A DNA stretch of 40,835 nucleotides from Candidatus Xenobia bacterium (GTDB taxonomy: Bacteria > Vulcanimicrobiota > Xenobia > Xenobiales > QWHO01), in contig BTUM01000072.1 in NCBI GenBank assembly GCA_045863235.1, positions 1 to 40,835 on the forward strand, in the 5' to 3' direction. The notes beneath the pieces were generated by a model. It was given only the letters and a program-made list of their open reading frames with translations, was not told the origin of the DNA and made no database searches. Made by a program: the position numbers and the translations under genes. This document shows positions 25,923-35,393 of the stretch, one piece after another; the stretch's first letter is position 1; every line of letters begins with the position of its first letter.

Positions 25923-27077
25923 CTATTCCTCGGCCACAAGCGCCACGCCGTTCTCCACCAGGGCCGCGATCTCTGCGGTGGAGTAGCCGCACTCTTGTAG
26001 CCAGGCCCGGGTGTGAAAGCCCGGAGGCGGAGGCAGAGTGCCTGCCGTGAGCCCGAAGGCCGGAGCCAGGGGCGAGCCGGGCTGCTCGTAGCCCTGCACC
26101 GTCTGCACCAGGCCGCGCTCGCGCAGCCACTCATCCCGGGAGACCTCCGCCGGAGTGAGCACGGGCTCGATGCAAGCGTCCTGCGCGGCCGCCAGCCACT
26201 CGGCCCGGGGCTTGCGGGCGAAGGCTTCCTCAAGCTTTCGATGCAGCGTGGGGTCGGTGGTGGTGAAGACCTCGTCCGGCCATTCGCCCTCCCACACGTC
26301 CGCGACCAGGGCGCCCAGGCGCTTCTGGAACTTGGGCTCCAGCCCGCCCACTCCCAGCCAGGCACCGTCGGCGCAGCGGTAGTAACGATAACCCGGGCTG
26401 GCCCCGGCCAACAGGTCGGGTTCGGGGCCGGCGCCGACCAGCTGGCGAGCCAGGCCCAGCGCGGCCCAGGTGAAGGCCCCATCGGCCAGGGAAACGTCCA
26501 GGTGGCGCCCTGCCCCGGTGCGATGGCGCTCTTGCAGCGCCGCCAGCACGGCCAGAGCGGCCAGCATGCCTCCGGTCAGGTCGGCCATCTGAAAACCCAG
26601 CACCCGCGGTGGCTCGCCGGTCAGGGCGGTGACGCCGAGCAGGGAGAGGAAGTTCAGGTCGTGCCCGGCCATCTGAGCCCGCCCGCCGCTCTGGCCGTAG
26701 CCCGAAAGCGAGCAGTAGATGAGACGGGGGTTCACAGCCTGTAGACGCGGGTAATCGAGCCCGAATCGGGCCAGTACCCCGGGTCGATTGGACTCGAGCA
26801 GCACGTCGCAGCGCCCGGCCATCCGGGTGAGCACCTGGGCCCCGGCCTCGGACTCAAAGTGCAGCGCCACGCTCTCCTTGCCCCGGTTGAGCGTGGCGAA
26901 GCCAGCGTGCATCCCCTCCACGTCGTCGGACAAAAAGCGCAGGTAATCGGGGTTGCCGGGGCTCTCCACCTTGACCACCCGGGCCCCAAGATCCGAGAGC
27001 AGCCAGCTGGCGAAAGGGCCGGGCAACAGTCGGCTCAGGTCGAGCACCGTGAGCCCGGCGAGCGGGCCGGTGCTCAA
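25923..27077 (-). CDS. CaiB/BaiF family III CoA-transferase
   Basis: PLAGLTVLDLSRLLPGP, LGARVVKVE, NRGKES, RPGVLARFG, GHDLN. Confidence 0.93.
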   Translation of the reverse strand: MSTGPLAGLTVLDLSRLLPGPFASWLLSDLGARVVKVESPGNPDYLRFLSDDVEGMHAGFATLNRGKESVALHFESEAGAQVLTRMAGRCDVLLESNRPGVLARFGLDYPRLQAVNPRLIYCSLSGYGQSGGRAQMAGHDLNFLSLLGVTALTGEPPRVLGFQMADLTGGMLAALAVLAALQERHRTGAGRHLDVSLADGAFTWAALGLARQLVGAGPEPDLLAGASPGYRYYRCADGAWLGVGGLEPKFQKRLGALVADVWEGEWPDEVFTTTDPTLHRKLEEAFARKPRAEWLAAAQDACIEPVLTPAEVSRDEWLRERGLVQTVQGYEQPGSPLAPAFGLTAGTLPPPPGFHTRAWLQECGYSTAEIAALVENGVALVAEE

Positions 27078-28774
27078 GAGATCCAGTCGCAGCTCTTGAG
27101 GGCTTTGTCGAGCGTCTCCAGGGTCTGATCATAAAGAGCCTGAGCCTCGTCGGGACTGTCGGCCACGCAGGTCACGCCCAATTTGCCATACTCTGAGAGC
27201 GCTCCGATCATGTGGAACACTGCCCCGGTATTGGTGGACGAGTTGTAGTGCAGCCCGGTATAGGTGGTGATGTCGATCAGGTCCTCGGGCAGCAGGCCTT
27301 TGTAAGCTTGCGATTCGAGGTTGTCGGAGGCCACGTAATACTTGGGCACGCCCGCCGAGCCGGTCTGGAAGAGGCCCGTATCGGCGTTGTAGCGGCCCCC
27401 GGTCAGGAATTGCAGGGTGCGGAAGGGGTGGGTGGTGCCGCCCTTGCGCAGGTTGATCTCGATGGCGAACATGTCCCACTCCCCGGTGCCCCGGGGCACG
27501 GCCAGATAGTCTACCGAGAGTCGCCCGATCACGCCGGCGTCGGCCAGGCGCTGGCCGATGGCCCGGCCAGCCTCGTGCAGCTGGGGGCGATAGCTGGGCT
27601 CGGCCGGGAAACGGCAGCCCAGGAAGACCTGGCCGTCGGGACCGCCGAGGATCTGGTCGTGGGTCGAGATGAGCTGCGACTCGAGCTGAGGCGTGATGCG
27701 GATCTGCACGCTGGGCGAGGTCTTGCCCTCGCCCTCGATGAACTCCTCGACCACCCCGCCCATCTCGCAGAACTTGTGCAGGAACGAAGGCCAGGTCATC
27801 CCGGGGGCCTGGAAGCGGCAAGTGGGCAGAAGCTGCTTGGCCAGCTTGCGCCGCGAAGCCGGCTGGGCTCTCTGCAGCTCTTCGATGTTCAAGATCGCGT
27901 TGCCCTCACCCGAGAAGCCCTCGTTGATCTTGACCACCAGCTTGCGCATGCCGGGCCGACGAGCACACAGCTCGAGCACCGACTCGAGCAGGTGCTCTTC
28001 GGTGTAAATGTCCTCGATGCCATCGGGCAGGTTCACCCCGGCCTCGCGGAACAACTTGCGCGAGCCGCTCTTGGAGCCGTGGTGAAGGTGGCGGGGATCG
28101 GGCCCGAGCAGCGGGCAGTCAAGGGCGACCGACAAACGCTTCTCCAACTCGGTCACGTTGAACACGGTGAGATGACGGTTCTCGGCGTGGCCGATGGCGT
28201 TCTTGATACGCCGCAACAGGGTGGGTCGCTCGAGAATCTTGGCCGTCAGCGGCTTGTGCGAGCTGTCGTAGGTGCTGAACATGTGCAGCCGGCGCCGGGC
28301 GTGCGAGAATGGGATTCCGGGAAGAAGCTGCAAGTAGTAGTCAATGATGACCGGATTGATGGGCTCGGAAGTCACGAACACGACCTGGGTCTTGGGCAGG
28401 CTGAGCAGGATCAGCATGAAGAGCAGGCGCTCCTCATAGTGGGGCAGGCCCTTCAGCTTGAGCAGCTCCTCGGGGTCGAGCGTCATGGAAGGCACCACCA
28501 CGACCGTCTGCTCGACGTGTCCGTCCTGCTGCAGGTTGGCCCACAGCCGGGGCAGGGAGGCATACAGCTCCTGGAAGCGCGCTTCCTCTTCGGGAGAGCC
28601 AGGCGCGGGCAACTCGTCGGTAATGGAGCTCGGGGGAGTGACCACCGGCCAGCTGTAACGCCGGTCGGCCGGCGGTGTGCCCCCGTTCTTGCGAGGAGCC
28701 TCGCCGTCGAGTTGAGTGACCGAGATCGAGTGTCTCTCCACGGCCCGCGCTCCTTTCAGCCTGTCAATGCGCAT
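27074..28774 (-). CDS. Peptide ligase PGM1-related ATP-grasp protein
   Basis: VVVVPSMTLD, HYEERLLFML, GSKSGSRKLF, KINEGFSGEGNA, SPSVQ, THDQILGG, EINLRKGGTTHP; start codon uncertain (28774 or 28819). Confidence 0.8.
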   Translation of the reverse strand: MRIDRLKGARAVERHSISVTQLDGEAPRKNGGTPPADRRYSWPVVTPPSSITDELPAPGSPEEEARFQELYASLPRLWANLQQDGHVEQTVVVVPSMTLDPEELLKLKGLPHYEERLLFMLILLSLPKTQVVFVTSEPINPVIIDYYLQLLPGIPFSHARRRLHMFSTYDSSHKPLTAKILERPTLLRRIKNAIGHAENRHLTVFNVTELEKRLSVALDCPLLGPDPRHLHHGSKSGSRKLFREAGVNLPDGIEDIYTEEHLLESVLELCARRPGMRKLVVKINEGFSGEGNAILNIEELQRAQPASRRKLAKQLLPTCRFQAPGMTWPSFLHKFCEMGGVVEEFIEGEGKTSPSVQIRITPQLESQLISTHDQILGGPDGQVFLGCRFPAEPSYRPQLHEAGRAIGQRLADAGVIGRLSVDYLAVPRGTGEWDMFAIEINLRKGGTTHPFRTLQFLTGGRYNADTGLFQTGSAGVPKYYVASDNLESQAYKGLLPEDLIDITTYTGLHYNSSTNTGAVFHMIGALSEYGKLGVTCVADSPDEAQALYDQTLETLDKALKSCDWIS

Positions 28775-28858
28775 GGCATTCTCGTTTGACGCACGGGGAC
28801 CCTTCAGCCCGAGTGTCAATCCGCAGATGGAAAGAACAAGGACATGGTCCGGGCCTGC

Positions 28859-29953
28859 TCAGGCCTGGGCCGGCTCCTCCAGGATCACTTCGGCCAATCG
28901 GAAGCTCGAGTCGGAGCCCAGAATGCGATCGCTGCCCAGGGTACCCTTCAAAGTGAAGGGGAAGGTCCCGAGGTTGATGCTCAGCCCCAGCAGCGCCAGC
29001 ACGTTGACGGAGATGTTTCCGCCCAGGCTGAAGAGCTTGAGCACGGAGATGGTGGCCCCGAAACCGAGGGTAAAGTCCAGGCCGGGCGTACGCGCCATCC
29101 CGACCTGAATGTCCAGGCCTGCCACGCCCGGGCCGGTGGCTGTGCCGGTAATCTTGGAGCCGTTGACCTTGAGATTGGAGAAGGTCTTGCCGGCCATCTG
29201 AATTTCGGTAAAGTGCACCGTGGCAGGCAGGGCCACGCCTATCGTCGGGCCGACGAAAAACCCGCCCATCATGGCTTCAAGCGACGTGTTGATCTGCGCC
29301 AGTCCGGGGATGTACTGGGCCAGGTTGACCGGCAGACTGAAGCTGGGGCTGACCGAGAGTTTTCCCTCGCCCTGCTCGAATCCCCCGCTGACGCTATCGA
29401 AGAGGCCGTACGAAGCCAGCAACTGGGAATTAAAGTTGTCGACCTTGTGCAGGATCGTATTGGTCTTGCCGTGCTCACCCAGGAGCTTGAGGACCAGGCT
29501 CAGGATGATCTCGATGAGGTCGAACTGGAGATTGAGGCTTAAGTTCAGAGCCGTATTCCAGACCGTTTCCACGTGGCTGTTCCAGCCGTCCGAGACCCAC
29601 TCGAGCTCAGCCTGCTTGATCGACAGGCCTACCGAGATGCCGGCCGTAAAGCCCAGCAGAAAGCCGCCCTCGATCTCATCATCGGAGACTTCCACCTCGA
29701 TGCTGGTGGCGTCGTGGCTCCCCTCGATCTGAAAAGACAGGGCGATGGCGGGGCCCACCATTCCCAGGAAGACGAACCAGTTGACCCCCACGGAGAGGTT
29801 CCAGGCCAGCACGGTCGGGTTGGCCGAGAAGATGGAGCCGTCGGCCTGGACTCCCAGTCGGGCCGCTCCGGCCGGAAAGTAGGGGACGGATCGGGGGTGA
29901 GAGAGGCTGATCGGCTTAGAGGTGCCCAGAAGGGTTTTGGGGACAGATGGCAT
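28859..29953 (-). CDS. Hypothetical beta-rich protein, 364 aa
   Basis: AGGAGG RBS 9 nt after the upstream stop; alternating hydrophobic/polar strands. Confidence 0.8.
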   Translation of the reverse strand: MPSVPKTLLGTSKPISLSHPRSVPYFPAGAARLGVQADGSIFSANPTVLAWNLSVGVNWFVFLGMVGPAIALSFQIEGSHDATSIEVEVSDDEIEGGFLLGFTAGISVGLSIKQAELEWVSDGWNSHVETVWNTALNLSLNLQFDLIEIILSLVLKLLGEHGKTNTILHKVDNFNSQLLASYGLFDSVSGGFEQGEGKLSVSPSFSLPVNLAQYIPGLAQINTSLEAMMGGFFVGPTIGVALPATVHFTEIQMAGKTFSNLKVNGSKITGTATGPGVAGLDIQVGMARTPGLDFTLGFGATISVLKLFSLGGNISVNVLALLGLSINLGTFPFTLKGTLGSDRILGSDSSFRLAEVILEEPAQA

Positions 29954-29962
29954 GCGCTCCTC

Positions 29963-31300
29963 CTAAACCGGCAGACCCAGCACCACGGCGCTGGACCCAT
30001 CGGTGAACTCGGTGACGAAAATCAGGCGACCCAGGCGGTCCACCTGGTCGAGATGGAAGCCGAAGATGATGGCATTGATCAACCGCCCGTCGATGCGATC
30101 GCCACGGTTGAGGAGCAGCAAGGGAGCGCCGGAGGAATATTGCACCAGCTCGTGGCCGATGTCGGTGACAAGAATCAGGTGAAGCTCTCCGTGAGGACTC
30201 AGCACACCTGGCACGAAACCCCGAATGACCCTTCCGCCGGGACTGAGGTCACCCACGCGGATGATCGGTTGATCCTGGAAGTAGAGCACCTGGTGGTTCT
30301 CCGATTCGTGCACGATGAACGTTGAGTGGTCGGTCTCGTCGGCCAACCGGGGGCCGAAGATCATCGAGCCCGTGGCCGTTTCGCCGGCTGCCCGAGGGGC
30401 GACTCGGAAACTCGGTGGAGCCACCAGGAGGCGCCTGGACTGCCGGTCATGGATGTTGCCCCGGAGCAGGCCCTGGGCGGGAAGGGTGCCGCGAGGATCA
30501 GGCGAGGCCTGGCCGTGGCCCTGGCCGCCGACCTGAGCCAGGAAATCACCCGATTCGTTGTGGTCGACCAGGCCGAGGGTTCCAACCGTGCCCTCAGCGT
30601 CAGGGAGGACGGTCCCCGTGGACTGGAGCAACTGGGCTCCCTCCAGGCTCATCCCGGGCAAGACGAAGAGCCCCTGATGGGACTGAACCCGGTCGTGCGA
30701 GCTGTAATGGTCGACGAGCAGCAGATCGTTTCGGTCGGTCAGGTCGACATCGACGAAGTTTCCTCCCAGGTGCACGCCGTCCTCGGAGACATGGGTTCGA
30801 TAGCCAGCCACCACTTCGAGCGAGCCATCCCGGGGCAGGAAGAGAAGGTCGCGACTCTGCCGGTCGGTGCGTGCCACCAGGGCGTAATGGCCCAGGTCGT
30901 TGCCGGCCACGGTGCCGACCCCCAGCGCCACGGCGCCGTTGGGCAGGCTATCTCCGGTGGCCAGGACCTTCCGAGCGGACAAAAGCTGGCTGCGTCCGTT
31001 CCGCGCGATGGCCTCGAAATCGGGCAGCAGCTCATAGAGCCCCATCCCGGCCGTTGTCTGGCCGTAAAAGAGGATATGGCCGACATCGTTGATCAGCGCG
31101 CCGCCAGGCAGCGATTGGAGGATGCGACCGTCGGGCAGCGTCTGGCCGGTAGAAACGAGAGGGATGAATCGAAAGCCGTTGGGACCGCCCGAGAAGCTGC
31201 CCGTTCCGGCGGGGCCGATGGGCCCTCCCGCACATGAGCTCAGAAACAGCCCCCCCATGGAGCCAGCCAGGAGCTTGAGAAAGTCTCTCCTTCGCTGCAT
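29963..31300 (-). CDS. Tat-exported lipoprotein with NxxG-type tandem beta repeats (propeller-like)
   Basis: MQRRRDFLK...GLFLSSC (twin-Arg plus lipobox); repeats INDVGHILF, NDLGHYAL, HNESGDFL each preceded by TGx.LPxG. Confidence 0.75.
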   Translation of the reverse strand: MQRRRDFLKLLAGSMGGLFLSSCAGGPIGPAGTGSFSGGPNGFRFIPLVSTGQTLPDGRILQSLPGGALINDVGHILFYGQTTAGMGLYELLPDFEAIARNGRSQLLSARKVLATGDSLPNGAVALGVGTVAGNDLGHYALVARTDRQSRDLLFLPRDGSLEVVAGYRTHVSEDGVHLGGNFVDVDLTDRNDLLLVDHYSSHDRVQSHQGLFVLPGMSLEGAQLLQSTGTVLPDAEGTVGTLGLVDHNESGDFLAQVGGQGHGQASPDPRGTLPAQGLLRGNIHDRQSRRLLVAPPSFRVAPRAAGETATGSMIFGPRLADETDHSTFIVHESENHQVLYFQDQPIIRVGDLSPGGRVIRGFVPGVLSPHGELHLILVTDIGHELVQYSSGAPLLLLNRGDRIDGRLINAIIFGFHLDQVDRLGRLIFVTEFTDGSSAVVLGLPV

Positions 31301-31546
31301 GCTCGCTGGCCTCCCCGGTTGCCGAATTTGCAGTCGCGGCCCAACTACATTCCCGCGCCTTGACCTGGTCGAAATCAAAACGCGGGAGTGTCGATCATCT
31401 GTTGAACGCCCGTGCCAAGCGTTCGACGCGGCCTTAGCATCCAGGAGACTCCCTCTGCCGCCCGCGGGGTTCCTGGACGGGACTTCCATCGAGTCCGTCG
31501 GCAACCCTCTCGCAGGTTTGGGCAAGGGCGACACGAACCTCGGGCC

Positions 31547-32689
31547 ATGACCGAAGAGCGCCCCGTGGTCCGCATTCGCACCTCAGCCGAGCTGTTTGAA
31601 GGTCTGCGCCACGCCGATCCCTCCGTGAAGCTGGCCGTTCTGGCGGCCGTCGCCAGCCAGCCCGACCGGATTCTGGCCTACGGGCCTCTGGGCGGGGTCG
31701 ATGTAATCGACGAGCTGGTGGCCCAGCTCTCGGATCGACCAGGTCTGTACGCCGGGCCGCTACTGGGAGCCCTGGTACGATTCCGCGACAACCGCGTGGT
31801 GGAGGCCTGCGCAAAGATTGCCCGCCAGCTCGAGGATGCGGAGATGGTCGCCCAGGCTGTGGAACGCCTGGCGGCCGAGGAGGGGCCTGTGTCCCGCGCT
31901 ACCCTATCCGATCTCCTGTTCTCGCTCGAGTCGATCCGGGCGGTCCCGGCCGCCCGGGCCCTTCGCCCCAGACCGGACCTGTCGCCGGGCGAGCACATGC
32001 GTGTCGAGCTGTGGGTGGGCGCGCTGGAACCCGTGGAGGACCAGACCCTGTGGCTGGGTGAGTTGGGCGGACCGCTCCGCTCGCGCGCGCAACGATGTCT
32101 CGAGCAGCAAGGGGATCGAGCGCTGGAGTGGCTGGCCGGCCGCTCTGGCGAGTTGGACCCGGACCTGCGCGCCTGGCTCTTGAAATGGGCCGGTAGAGTC
32201 TCCCACGGGACCACAGCCAGACTGCTGAGGGAGGCCCTGGAGCAGGGCGAGGGTGCGTTGCCGGGCATTGCGCTGGAAGTCCTGGCCCAGGACCCCCGGC
32301 GCTATCAGGAAGTGCGGGCACTGGCGGCCGGACGCACGAGCTCGGACAATCCTCGGGAGCGCGCACTTGCCTGGCGCGTCGCGCCACTCGAGCCGGAGCA
32401 GGACTGGGCCGAGCTGTTTGCTCAGGAGAGAGATCCCGAGGTGCGTTGCAGCCTGGCCCAGAGGCTGGCCGAAGAGCCCAGGCTGGAGCCGCTCCTTGCC
32501 CTGGCCAGCGACTCGGACTGGCGTCTTAGAGCCCTGGCGGCCCAGGGGCTCACGGCCCTGGGACCCTCGGCCCTCGAGCCTGCGCGGAGCCTGGCCCGGT
32601 CGCCGGGCCTGGAGACTCGGGCAGTCGGGGCGCGGGTGCTGGTGAGCCTGGGAGACTACGAATGGATGGAGGAGCACCTCCTCACCTGA
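31547..32689 (+). CDS. HEAT-repeat protein
   Basis: DPSVKLAVL, DPEVRCSLA, DSDWRLRALAAQGL, LETRAVGARVL. Confidence 0.8.
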   Translation: MTEERPVVRIRTSAELFEGLRHADPSVKLAVLAAVASQPDRILAYGPLGGVDVIDELVAQLSDRPGLYAGPLLGALVRFRDNRVVEACAKIARQLEDAEMVAQAVERLAAEEGPVSRATLSDLLFSLESIRAVPAARALRPRPDLSPGEHMRVELWVGALEPVEDQTLWLGELGGPLRSRAQRCLEQQGDRALEWLAGRSGELDPDLRAWLLKWAGRVSHGTTARLLREALEQGEGALPGIALEVLAQDPRRYQEVRALAAGRTSSDNPRERALAWRVAPLEPEQDWAELFAQERDPEVRCSLAQRLAEEPRLEPLLALASDSDWRLRALAAQGLTALGPSALEPARSLARSPGLETRAVGARVLVSLGDYEWMEEHLLT

Positions 32690-32816
32690 GGTCGCGGTCC
32701 GGAGGTGGTCGAGGGACCCGAGGCGTATTATGGCGTCGCGCGTTGCATTTAAGGCGCGAACTGTGGAAGGTGGACACCTTCCTGCTTGCGGACATACTGG
32801 AATGGGGGGGCTGAGG

Positions 32817-34688
32817 ATGAAACGCTGGCTCTTGATCATGATGACCGTTCTTGTCGTAGCCTGCGGTGGCAATGACACGGGAACTGCAGGAGCACCATTG
32901 ACTCCGCTCGCTATGGTCACAGAGCAGCAGAAGCAGACGGTCTTCCAGGCTGTCGAGGACTTCTTCGCCAGCCTGCCCCACGACAGCCAGCAGGCCGAAA
33001 CGGATGCATTGGCAGGTTTCCTGCAGAGCCAGCCCAACGTGATCAACGTCCGCCAGGGCTCCCTGTCGGTATTTGCCGAGTTCCTCGACGGCGAACTCTT
33101 CTTCGTAATGAACAATGACGCCTCGGAGCCTCCCACGCAAGCGCGGGAGCTTCCCCAGAGCCCCGAGGCTGCGAATGCCCAGGCTCGCAGTCTCGCGGGC
33201 AGCAAAGCGGTGGTGTTCAATGCGTTCTCTGGATTTGACGCCTTCAAGGCCGGCGCGGCTCGCGACCAGGTCTCCAACGACCTTCGCAGCCGCGGTTACT
33301 CGGTAGAGACGCCGGGCGGCTCACTGAGCGAGCTCCTGGCCGCGCGCAACAATCTGGGCGTGCTGGTCTTTTTCGGCCACGGGGCGGTCGACCCCAAGAC
33401 CGGAGTCTATCTGCTGGGAAGCTCCACCGAATCGTTCGAGCTGGGCCCGGTCAAGTTGCAGACCGACTCCACCCAGATCGCCGCTTATCGGGGGATGATC
33501 AGAGTCCTTCCTGCCAGAGAGCTCGGACCGATCCTCAAGCGCGGATTTGCCATCACCCCCGCTGCAGTGACCGCCAACTGGCATCTCGCGCCCCACGCCC
33601 TCGCTTACTTCGGGGCCTGCCAGTCGGCCACGCCGCAGGCCATCGCCCAGGTCCACCAGGGTTTGCGGGCGGGCTCTCCCACCTCCAGCGTGCTGGCATG
33701 GGATAAGGACACCAACATCGGCGAGCTCTCCAATACCGCGATTCAGCTGTTCGGCGTGCTACTGGGAACACCCAGCACGCAGGGTGGGGACGATAACCTC
33801 CCACTCGATTACGCTGAGACTTATTCAAGCCTGGGCTCTACCCAGCGCCCGCGCTCGTTCACCGAGGCCCAGAATGCGCTCAATGAGACTTCGCGCCTGA
33901 TCTCCACTCCTACCCAACTGCCCGATGACCTGCTGGTGCCACGCATCCAGTCGGCATCCCTGGTGCCCCCCAGCGCAGTCCGCCTGGACGGCGACTTCCC
34001 GCACGCGGGCTCGTCCGACGCTCCGCGCAAAGTGAGGTTCACACCCGAAGGAGGCGAGGAGGAGGAGTTGACCGTCGAGTCTGAGAGCGACTCCAGCATC
34101 GTCGCGACCCTGCCCGCCGGCGCCACCAAAGGCAAGCTTCGCGTGACCGTGGACGAGCGGCACAGCAATCGATTTCCCCTCCCCAGCGCCAACTTCGCGG
34201 GCCAGATTGCCATCCAGAAGATCTACCATCGCTCTCGTCCGCTCGGAGCGGATACCGAGGTCGTGGATTACACCGCCTATTTCACGGCCAACCTGTCCTT
34301 CACCACGGTCCAGGGGACACTGGTGAGCGACGGGGCGACGCTCACCAATCAGTCGATCAGCGGGACTCGCGGCCTGGTGGGGATCCCGCCCGACGCCCCG
34401 CTGATCCTCCGGCCGGACGGCCCGGCCCCGACGATCAGCGCCAGCCTGGTTTTGAACGGGGCGACCGGAACGCTGGAGCTCCTGTACAGCTTCTCGTGCC
34501 AGATCGACTTTACTTCGGTGGGGCTGCCGCCCAACACCAACTTCTCGGAGGGTGGACGGGTGTCATTCCCCGTAACGCTCTCGGGCAACACGATCACCGT
34601 GGGCCCGGGGGGGACCTCAACGCTGGAGAACCTGCCGGGCGGGATCGGGAACTACATCGTCAAGAGTGGGAACCTGACCCGGAAGTAA
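32817..34688 (+). CDS. Lipoprotein with possible clan CD (caspase/gingipain-like) domain and IPT/Ig-like region
   Basis: MKRWLLIMMTVLVVAC signal/lipobox; VLVFFGHG and YFGACQS; SDSSIVATLP...GKLRVTV...SN. Confidence 0.75.
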   Translation: MKRWLLIMMTVLVVACGGNDTGTAGAPLTPLAMVTEQQKQTVFQAVEDFFASLPHDSQQAETDALAGFLQSQPNVINVRQGSLSVFAEFLDGELFFVMNNDASEPPTQARELPQSPEAANAQARSLAGSKAVVFNAFSGFDAFKAGAARDQVSNDLRSRGYSVETPGGSLSELLAARNNLGVLVFFGHGAVDPKTGVYLLGSSTESFELGPVKLQTDSTQIAAYRGMIRVLPARELGPILKRGFAITPAAVTANWHLAPHALAYFGACQSATPQAIAQVHQGLRAGSPTSSVLAWDKDTNIGELSNTAIQLFGVLLGTPSTQGGDDNLPLDYAETYSSLGSTQRPRSFTEAQNALNETSRLISTPTQLPDDLLVPRIQSASLVPPSAVRLDGDFPHAGSSDAPRKVRFTPEGGEEEELTVESESDSSIVATLPAGATKGKLRVTVDERHSNRFPLPSANFAGQIAIQKIYHRSRPLGADTEVVDYTAYFTANLSFTTVQGTLVSDGATLTNQSISGTRGLVGIPPDAPLILRPDGPAPTISASLVLNGATGTLELLYSFSCQIDFTSVGLPPNTNFSEGGRVSFPVTLSGNTITVGPGGTSTLENLPGGIGNYIVKSGNLTRK

Positions 34689-34774
34689 CCAGATCAGGCT
34701 CTCGTGCGCGACTTACTCCAGCCGCCTTCGCTGCAGTGGTTCTACAGGGCACTTCTCGAAAATGACTACGAATT

Positions 34775-35007
34775 ATGACTCGAGGAGAACAATCCGTCTC
34801 CAAGACCGTGTTCAAGGCCCGCGCGCTCGAGTCTTGCGCCAGGTCGAATCGGGCTGCACCCTGGTGGTGACCGACCGCGGGCGGCCAGTCGTACGATTGA
34901 GCCCAATCCGATCGAGGAGCGACGAGGAGATCCTGGCGGAGCTCCGAGGCTCGGTTCTGCGTTATGACGATCCGACCGAGCCCGTTGGGCTTGAGGACTG
35001 GGAGGCA
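34775..35007 (+). pseudogene. Phd/YefM-family antitoxin, frameshifted
   Basis: MTRGEQSVSKTVFKARALE, then one base missing near 34832, then LRQVESG.TLVVTDRGRPVVRL...LRGSVLRYDDPTEPVG.EDWEA; no stop codon. Confidence 0.75.
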
Positions 35008-35392
35008 ATGGCCGACATCTGGGTTTTCTTTCTGGAGTCTTCGTCCGAGTTGTCCAGACCCGCCAGGCGGGCGCTCGAAAAGGAAAGCCGGCCCCGGTGG
35101 CCAGATCGGCTTGTCCGCCATCACTTTGTGGGAGATAAGCTATCTCAGCCGCCGGAATCGACTCGTTTTGAACAAGCCCCTGGACGAGTGGCTTGACTTG
35201 AGCCTGCAGCTGTCGTTTGCGACCGTACTTCCGGTGGATGGGTCAGTCGCCCGAGAGGCAGCCCGACTCCCCGACATCCATCGCGATCCAGCGGACCGCC
35301 TTATACTGGCCACCGCTCGACTCCATGACCTTGACGTCATCAGCGCAGACCGCCGACTTTCCGATTACCCCGGGGTCAGGGATATCTGGTAG
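35008..35392 (+). pseudogene. vapC: VapC/PIN-domain toxin, N-terminally damaged and frameshifted
   Basis: DIWVFFL...LSRPARRAL, frameshift near 35092, then LSAITLWEI...HRDPADRLILATA...ISADRR; the N-terminal LDTH motif is missing. Confidence 0.75.
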
Positions 35393-35393
35393 C

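Noticed and set aside
31300..31546. Riboswitch or sigma54 promoter in the divergent intergenic region
   Set aside because: TGGCAC is followed by TTCAA rather than TTGC, and I could not match a riboswitch consensus; an Rfam scan would settle it
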